From a virus (taxonomy: Duplodnaviria > Caudoviricetes), in the IMG/VR virus record IMGVR_UViG_3300020718_000020, positions 1 through 43,264 of that record: 43,264 nucleotides of DNA; one strand, written 5' to 3'. The notes beneath the pieces are model-generated. The model was not told where the DNA came from. It was given only the letters and a program-made list of their open reading frames with translations, and searched no databases. Of this stretch, positions 37,385 through 43,264 are shown in pieces (position 1 is the first letter of the stretch; the number at the start of each line of letters is the position of its first letter). Both the position numbers and the translations under genes were made by a program.

Positions 37385-38500
37385 TTAATCTTCTTCGTTT
37401 ATAATATCATCGATCGTAAAATCACCAGCCTCAGTGTTGTAGTTAAATAATGGCTTGATGTACTCATCGATTTGTTTTAATACTTCTGGAGTAAATACTT
37501 TATCTGTGAAGAATTCTGCATTAGAAACTGTATTATCTAAGTGCTTACAGATCCAAGTTCTTGCTGTATCTTTTGGAATCTTTTCTTTTGTTTTAGGATC
37601 AATTGTTCCTCTGGTAACTCCACAGATATCCCATGTTGCATATTTTTCTAATCCAACATATCTATTCATACCTTTACTAAAGTCTAAATGGAATTTGATT
37701 GGATTTGGTTTTGCAAATCTGTTTTTTGCAGGTTTTGCAGTTACCACAATACCAACTTTTTGATCTCCATCTTTTAATTGTGCTTTAGTTAAGATCAATA
37801 CGATAGACGCGGCATACTCAGGACCTGTACCACCTCCAACGTTTATCGAAGGCATAAAGTCTTGAGACATGTAAGTATGGTTTGTAAACAAAAAAGGAAT
37901 CTTTAAATCAGCCAATGGAGTCATAATGATTCTAAAGATTGATTTTAAAATCTTTGAACGGGTCATATCTGATTTTTCTGATCCAGATACCGCATCATCG
38001 ATTTCTTTTTGAGTTGCTAAGTTACCTGCAGAATCTAATAGAATCATGATCTTTGGTAAATCTGCACCGTTTCTTTTAGCCTCTTGCATCTTTCTAGTGA
38101 TTGTAGTCACTGAAGTTCTAAACTCCTGCACCGTATTGATCGGTTGGTAGTTTACTTTATTTAGATCAATACCGAATTTTTTCATTAGATCTTTATCAAT
38201 TGCTGCTTCTGAATCGTAATAGATCACTGAATAACCTCTAGCAATTGCCTCACGCACAGTATTTAACATTAAGAATGTTTTACCGGTACCTGAAGGTCCT
38301 GCAACTGAGCAGGCTCTATTGTTTGGCCATCCTTTAAAAAGTGATCCAGCAACGCATGCGTTTAAGTGATAATTACCAGTGTCGATGTATTCTGTTATTT
38401 CACTGAAATCTGACATTTCCATCACCGATCCTAGAGGATTAATTCCAGAAAGTTCGGCATTTAAATCATCGAACGTAAATTGTTTGTTACTTTTTGCCAT
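37385..38500 (-). CDS. uvsX: UvsX / RecA-like recombinase
   Basis: IDTGNY.LN, GPSGTGKT, YYDSE, LDSAGNL, TNHTY, GGGTG, KNRF. Confidence 0.93.
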   Translation of the reverse strand: MAKSNKQFTFDDLNAELSGINPLGSVMEMSDFSEITEYIDTGNYHLNACVAGSLFKGWPNNRACSVAGPSGTGKTFLMLNTVREAIARGYSVIYYDSEAAIDKDLMKKFGIDLNKVNYQPINTVQEFRTSVTTITRKMQEAKRNGADLPKIMILLDSAGNLATQKEIDDAVSGSEKSDMTRSKILKSIFRIIMTPLADLKIPFLFTNHTYMSQDFMPSINVGGGTGPEYAASIVLILTKAQLKDGDQKVGIVVTAKPAKNRFAKPNPIKFHLDFSKGMNRYVGLEKYATWDICGVTRGTIDPKTKEKIPKDTARTWICKHLDNTVSNAEFFTDKVFTPEVLKQIDEYIKPLFNYNTEAGDFTIDDIINEED

Positions 38501-38687
38501 TGTTGTTTGTATTATGTGTTTTTTGTTCTTCTACACGAAGATCTTCTAGTTCTTGTAGGGCAGATTTTAAATCTGTTTCAAGAAGTTGAATTCTGGTTTG
38601 AATGGTTTTGACTCTTGCAAATATTGCTTGGTACCTCTCAACAATTGAAAGTTGAGCTTCATCAAAATTCGATAAATCAATATTCAT
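38487..38687 (-). CDS. Small coiled-coil hypothetical protein
   Basis: 66-aa ORF filling the gap between polymerase and uvsX. Confidence 0.7.
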   Translation of the reverse strand: MNIDLSNFDEAQLSIVERYQAIFARVKTIQTRIQLLETDLKSALQELEDLRVEEQKTHNTNNNGKK

Positions 38688-38688
38688 A

Positions 38689-39885
38689 TTAAAAAAGTGT
38701 TGTTGAATAAATTAAGTTTCTATTTAATGTTTGAAGACCTACACATCCTAAAACTCGATTTAATGGATCGATAATTGATTTTTCAAATTGAGTTTCGTAA
38801 TCGATTGGAGGAGCAATTTCATAAGGATGATCTCCTGACAAATAACCGAACATGTCACTTAATTTATTATCACAATGATACAATTTAAGCTTCTCGCCAT
38901 TTGAAATCATACGATACTTTGATTTGTACTTTGGATTTGTATTCATCAAATAATTATAGAATCCTGCTGCTTTAACATTCGGAGGACATTTTAAACCATA
39001 TTGAAATTCGATATGATCGTCTACGATGTACTTTTCGATGTTATTGGTTCTTTTGTTAAAGGAAATATCATCAATATTCGTCATCTTGAACTCTTTCTTT
39101 ACCTTCTTTAAGAATGAAATAATGGTTGTAAGAGTTTCTGGAGTCGGTTTCTTTTCAAATAGAATATGCAAAGCTTCTGCTAATTTCTTTCTGGCAAACA
39201 TCGGTGTTGAAGATTGAATGGTATCAAACCCAACAGTTTTTATCTTCTTCAACATTTTATGTCTTTCCTTTGTGGTGATTTTATCATCCCATGCCAGGTT
39301 TTGAAGATACTTTTTCTTTGCCATCCAGATTCCAGAGTATGCAACTGATTCTAATTCAAATACCAAGAACGAATCTGTGTTTGTATTTTCTGCATACTTA
39401 TCTAATGCCTTTACAACATAATCTCTAATCCTAAGATCATAAATTGTAAGGATGAATGTTACAATGTCCATTTTTTCACCCAACCATTCAATAGATTCAT
39501 ACATTTCCTGAAACTGAACATAATTCGAATCGGTATCGATATAAATTACGGCAGGTTTTAAGATCTGTCTTTTGACTTTGATATTTAATTGTTTGTGGAT
39601 TGCAGCATCTTTTATAAAGAATTCCTGGAAATACTTATTTAAGATCTTCTCAGAATACAAGATCGCATTTTGCCCTTGCAGAGTTATCGATTCTGCGATA
39701 TCGATATTAAAGAAGTGAAACCACTTGTTACCAAAGGCTCCATAGATAGAGTTAAGCGTTACTTTAACGGCTTGCTCGTAAGCTGTGAATTTGGCAGATT
39801 CATTTGTATAGTATTCTGCCAAATTCTTAAGCTCATCGAGTGTTAACTCTTCTTCAGTTTTATTTAAAAGTTCTTCTATTATCAT
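38689..39885 (-). CDS. Family B DNA polymerase, C-terminal subunit only (gp43B-like)
   Basis: Motif B Q.AVKVTLNSIYG, motif C YIDTDS, KKKY and thumb region are present. The exonuclease domain and motif A are absent. Confidence 0.9.
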   Translation of the reverse strand: MIIEELLNKTEEELTLDELKNLAEYYTNESAKFTAYEQAVKVTLNSIYGAFGNKWFHFFNIDIAESITLQGQNAILYSEKILNKYFQEFFIKDAAIHKQLNIKVKRQILKPAVIYIDTDSNYVQFQEMYESIEWLGEKMDIVTFILTIYDLRIRDYVVKALDKYAENTNTDSFLVFELESVAYSGIWMAKKKYLQNLAWDDKITTKERHKMLKKIKTVGFDTIQSSTPMFARKKLAEALHILFEKKPTPETLTTIISFLKKVKKEFKMTNIDDISFNKRTNNIEKYIVDDHIEFQYGLKCPPNVKAAGFYNYLMNTNPKYKSKYRMISNGEKLKLYHCDNKLSDMFGYLSGDHPYEIAPPIDYETQFEKSIIDPLNRVLGCVGLQTLNRNLIYSTTLF

Positions 39886-40631
39886 TAATCAGACGATTGA
39901 CAAGTTGCAATTGTTAATAAAGTGTTCGAATCTTTTGAGCGTAAAACGACTCTGTTTGAGAATACGTTTGCTGCATAGTCTTCTTTATCGAAAAGATTCA
40001 AATACTTTTTATAAACAGTCACATTTGATTTCGCTGCTTGTGTTGTATTAATTAACTTATTGTAAGATTTACCTTTAACTCGTACACCTTCTTTAGATGA
40101 AGAGATTGAGAATGTTTCATCTTTGTCCAAGCCAAATAATGATTTGATCTTAGAAACATCAGTGTAAGTCATATCGAATTGAACGTCTGCTCCATCGATA
40201 TTAAAGATGTTTGATAACTGTGATTCGGTCAAGTCTTTGTAACCTAAGCTTGGTTCAGAACAAGACATTGTGATCTCTAATTCATCATTGAAGATCTTAA
40301 ATGTAGATGCCACAAAATCTTCATCATTCTCGATGAATTCAATTTCTGCTTGGATTGATTCAAATTCAAATTGACGGAACGCATCGATCAATTTAGATGC
40401 ATCAAAGAATGCTACTTTAAGCTCTTTGGTTGTAGCGATTGGATTTTCAATTACAAATACCTCGGATAGAGGGAATTGAAGGTGCTTTACTGCATCTCGC
40501 TGTGGCAAATACGCCGAAGAGATGATACTGTCATTTTTGATTTTGAAGTAGATAAAAGAATCAATAACTTTCAGGCGGTTAACAAATGCCACGAAATTGT
40601 TTTGATCTACTTTTGAGATTGTTACTTTCAT
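39885..40631 (-). CDS. Probable sliding clamp (gp45-like)
   Basis: 248-aa acidic alpha/beta protein translationally coupled to the polymerase subunit. Size and context fit, but no diagnostic motif was seen. Confidence 0.6.
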   Translation of the reverse strand: MKVTISKVDQNNFVAFVNRLKVIDSFIYFKIKNDSIISSAYLPQRDAVKHLQFPLSEVFVIENPIATTKELKVAFFDASKLIDAFRQFEFESIQAEIEFIENDEDFVASTFKIFNDELEITMSCSEPSLGYKDLTESQLSNIFNIDGADVQFDMTYTDVSKIKSLFGLDKDETFSISSSKEGVRVKGKSYNKLINTTQAAKSNVTVYKKYLNLFDKEDYAANVFSNRVVLRSKDSNTLLTIATCQSSD

Positions 40632-40657
40632 AATAGTTTAACTTTAAATATTTAGTT

Positions 40658-40686
40658 ATTCTATCCTAAAATTGGAAAATGTTTCA
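40658..40686 (-). promoter_or_regulatory. Promoter TGAAACA-N16-TAGAAT upstream of the clamp/polymerase operon
   Basis: Recurrent motif with fixed spacing. Confidence 0.6.
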
Positions 40687-40689
40687 CAT

Positions 40690-40717
40690 AAAAAAAGGGA
40701 TCCAATTGGATTCCTTT
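40690..40717 (-). terminator. Rho-independent terminator
   Basis: AAAGGAATCC-AATT-GGATCCCTTTTTTT on the minus strand. Confidence 0.75.
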
Positions 40718-40740
40718 AGTTTAATATTGGTGGTATCGTT

Positions 40741-40835
40741 AAAAATAAAAATAGGGCTAGAGTAGCGAATTCTAGCCCTGGTCGGCCATATAACTATAAC
40801 CGGTCCTAAGTGAGGTCTTCAAACCTCGACTATTT
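40741..40835 (-). ncRNA. Structured nrdA 3' UTR element antisense to 23S rRNA H69-H70, ending in a terminator hairpin
   Basis: The plus strand contains CGGCC-ata-TAACTATAAC-c-GGTCCTAAG and GTAGCGAA, matching 23S rRNA CGGCCGTAACTATAACGGTCCTAAGGTAGCGAA. Three hairpins form on the minus strand. Confidence 0.7.
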
Positions 40836-42656
40836 TTACCCATCACATGAAAGACAATCAACCATCGCTTTGGCTGCAATATCTCCTCTTAATACTGATT
40901 CTGTTCTCATGTAATAAAGAGTTTTGATACCTTGATTGTATGCTTCTAAGTGAACTTGACTTATAAATTTAGGTTCAGCCTCTAATGGAAATGCCAGATT
41001 TAAACTAACTGCTTGATCCACGTATTGCTGACGTACACCTGCTTGCTTAACTAATTCTAATTGATTGATCTCTTTAAAGGTTCTATATACGTCCTTTAAA
41101 GCAACATACTGATCTTTCTCCATTGATCCGATGCTGTCGTATGCTTCTTGAGAAATTGGATCGGTTTTTGTACCAGTTTGAACATACCATGAATCCATCC
41201 AGTCCATTCCTTGTACTGAACCTCCATCTCTTAGGATTTGATCCCATACATCTGGAGTATTCATTCCAATGGATTCTAATGTAGATTCCAATGTTGGATT
41301 CTTTCTAATGAATGTACCTTTAGCTGTTTGTTCGGTAAATACATTTGCTGCCCATGGTTCGATACCAGCAGAAACGTTTCCAGATAATTTAGAGTTAGAA
41401 ACCGTAGGAGCGATGGCTCTTAAGTGAGTATTTCTAAAACCTGTTCCAACACACCACAGTGGTTCTCCAAACTCTTTTGCCATGTCTCTACTTGCCTTTT
41501 CAGATTCAGTTTTGATTTGACTAAAGATCTTTCTGGTTTCAAATTGAGCCATTAAACTATCGAATGGAATATTTCTTTCTTGTAAATATGTGTGCCATCC
41601 CAAAACTCCAAGACCCAATGCTCTACCTTTTTCAGCAGAACGAACTGCGTGTTGGAATCCTGCCATGTATTTTGCCTTTTGAATAAATTCAGAAAGAACT
41701 CCATCTAAAAACCAAGTTGCAGTATAGATTAAATCAGTGTCCTTCCATTCATCGTATTTTGCTAGGTTCACTGAACTTAAACAACAAACAAAAGAGTGTG
41801 ATTCATCAGTATGAAGAGTAATTTCAGAACAGATGTTCGTCATATAAACCTTCAATCCATTTTTTTTATAAGCATCTGGACTTGCACGATTTACATTACC
41901 TTTGTACATGATGTATGGTTCACCAGTTGCTCTTCTTTTTCTAAGTAATGCAGCCCAACGTTTTCTAGCCTCCTTGTCTCCTTGCTCTAATTTCTGCATG
42001 AATGCATCTGAAACTATTGCGCATTGATGGATATTTAAACATTGACGGTTAACATCACCTTTAGGTTCTCTAATTTCTAACCAGTCCCAAAAGTCTCCAT
42101 GCTCAATATCTATATTAACTGAAGCTGCACCTCTTCTAACATTTCCTTGGCTTGTTGCCAAGATCGCTGAATCGTATACTTTAATGAATGGAACGATACC
42201 ATCAGAGGTACCATTTTGACTGATTTTTGTACCAGCTGGACGGATTTGATTTACACCAATTCCAACTCCACCGCCGTGTTTTGCCAATAGCATCATCTCA
42301 GAAACCTTGGCACCGATATCATAAACTGAATCGGCAACATCAATTCCAAAACAAGAGATTGGTAAACCTCTTTCAGTTCCAGTGTTTGAAAATACTGGAG
42401 TGGCTAGATTTAACCAGCCTCTCCACATATAATCAAAAAATTTGCTTGCCAACTCTGGTTTTTGTACTCTTTTTGCGACTGTCGATGCTACTCTCCAGTA
42501 TGCATCCTTCGGTGTTTCTCCTTTCAATAAATATCCTTTAGAAACTGTTTTAACATACACCTCAGTGTTTGCCCAAATCGGAAAATCTACACCTAATTCC
42601 CATCCTAGTTCTTTACCGTGATTTATCTCTTCATTCATTTCTTCTTCTTTAAACAT
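40836..42656 (-). CDS. nrdA: Ribonucleotide reductase class Ia alpha subunit, compact form without ATP cone
   Basis: ATPVFSN, PISCF, GGGVG, TNICSEI, VCCLSS, AIAPT, KTLYY and C-terminal CLSCDG. Confidence 0.96.
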   Translation of the reverse strand: MFKEEEMNEEINHGKELGWELGVDFPIWANTEVYVKTVSKGYLLKGETPKDAYWRVASTVAKRVQKPELASKFFDYMWRGWLNLATPVFSNTGTERGLPISCFGIDVADSVYDIGAKVSEMMLLAKHGGGVGIGVNQIRPAGTKISQNGTSDGIVPFIKVYDSAILATSQGNVRRGAASVNIDIEHGDFWDWLEIREPKGDVNRQCLNIHQCAIVSDAFMQKLEQGDKEARKRWAALLRKRRATGEPYIMYKGNVNRASPDAYKKNGLKVYMTNICSEITLHTDESHSFVCCLSSVNLAKYDEWKDTDLIYTATWFLDGVLSEFIQKAKYMAGFQHAVRSAEKGRALGLGVLGWHTYLQERNIPFDSLMAQFETRKIFSQIKTESEKASRDMAKEFGEPLWCVGTGFRNTHLRAIAPTVSNSKLSGNVSAGIEPWAANVFTEQTAKGTFIRKNPTLESTLESIGMNTPDVWDQILRDGGSVQGMDWMDSWYVQTGTKTDPISQEAYDSIGSMEKDQYVALKDVYRTFKEINQLELVKQAGVRQQYVDQAVSLNLAFPLEAEPKFISQVHLEAYNQGIKTLYYMRTESVLRGDIAAKAMVDCLSCDG

Positions 42657-42679
42657 AATTTGTAATCAATATCTTTTTA

Positions 42680-43264
42680 TTAACTGAAAAGGGCATCTTC
42701 ATCCCAATTCTCATCTTCGCCTGCCTTTGAATAATCTGTTGAACGAACCGCAAAGAAATCGGTATGCGTATGTCCACCTGTAAGATGATAAAACCAATCC
42801 AATTCGCTTGCTGCTTTATTATCGATTTCAAAGATCGAAGCATACCCAAGTTCATTCAATTTTTCATTTGCTCTTTTCTTGATGAACTCTTTTAAATCAT
42901 TTGCCTTTAAATTCTTTAAGTCACCCATTTCAAACATCTTATCGATAAAATTTAATTCCATCTCAACCATTAGATGCGCAGCATCTTCGATCTGTGTTTG
43001 AATTGAATCCTTTAATTCAGGATATTCTTCACATAGATGACGAAATAACTGACATCCCATTTTTGAGTGCAACGATTCATCGCGTACAGACCACTTCATT
43101 TGTTGACCAATGCCCTTGAGCATGTTTCTCATTTGGAATGAATATAACACTGCAAATGATGAATACAATGCGACGCCCTCTGCAAATGCTGAAAAGATTG
43201 CTAATGATCTAGCCACTTCCTTTCTTGCTTCTGAGCTTTTACGTAGGTCTTCGTGAGTGTAATC
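42680..43264 (-). CDS. nrdB: Ribonucleotide reductase beta subunit (5' part outside the window)
   Basis: FAEGVALYSSF, RDESLH, HTDFFA.R...Y. Confidence 0.95.
   Translation of the reverse strand, partial: DYTHEDLRKSSEARKEVARSLAIFSAFAEGVALYSSFAVLYSFQMRNMLKGIGQQMKWSVRDESLHSKMGCQLFRHLCEEYPELKDSIQTQIEDAAHLMVEMELNFIDKMFEMGDLKNLKANDLKEFIKKRANEKLNELGYASIFEIDNKAASELDWFYHLTGGHTHTDFFAVRSTDYSKAGEDENWDEDALFS

Noticed and set aside
40781-40810. rRNA gene fragment or intact I-CeuI site
   Set aside because: The match is interrupted by insertions, the GTAGCGAA block is on the wrong side, and no flanking rRNA sequence is present. Not called as rRNA; reported as an antisense element instead.
12418-42656. Inteins, introns or homing endonucleases in terminase, helicase, UvsX or NrdA
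   Set aside because: The ORFs are continuous and of ordinary length, with no intein ends or LAGLIDADG, HNH or GIY-YIG motifs seen.
285-42855. Many short overlapping or antisense ORFs in the six-frame track (e.g. 5349-5654, 21685-22044, 30998-31438, 42649-42855)
   Set aside because: They are shadows of well-supported minus-strand genes, with no motifs or independent expression signals.
1-43264. Stop-codon reassignment, CRISPR array or transposase
   Set aside because: Core genes translate full length in the standard code, no repeat-spacer array is visible, and the TnsA-like ORF is explained as head completion gp4.

Overview
This 43 kb window is the core of a large, AT-rich T4-like myovirus (jumbo-phage style) genome, with all but one gene on the minus strand. 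In transcription order (right to left) it carries: nrdB (partial) and nrdA; a replication/recombination block (sliding clamp, the C-terminal half of a split family-B DNA polymerase, UvsX, gp41 helicase, gp47/gp46); gp15, late sigma factor gp55, gp4, gp2, portal, a prohead protease-scaffold fusion and the major capsid protein; clamp loader and RNase H; neck, terminase, tail sheath, tail tube, a tail-assembly gene pair and a tape-measure-like protein; three DxD glycosyltransferase-like genes and a 2OG-Fe(II) oxygenase; an intron-split tRNA-Ser; and a zinc-ribbon protein. A-rich start contexts without Shine-Dalgarno sequences suggest a Bacteroidota host (inference). The strongest unexplained signals are: (1) a structured nrdA 3' UTR that is antisense to the conserved 23S rRNA helix 69-70 region; (2) a 206-nt group IC3-type intron in the anticodon of tRNA-Ser(UGA); (3) a probable UUU_CGU +1 frameshift upstream of the tape-measure gene; (4) structured leaders on the zinc-ribbon and capsid genes; (5) two recurring promoter classes. 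All protein calls come from motif recognition and synteny. No database searches were run.
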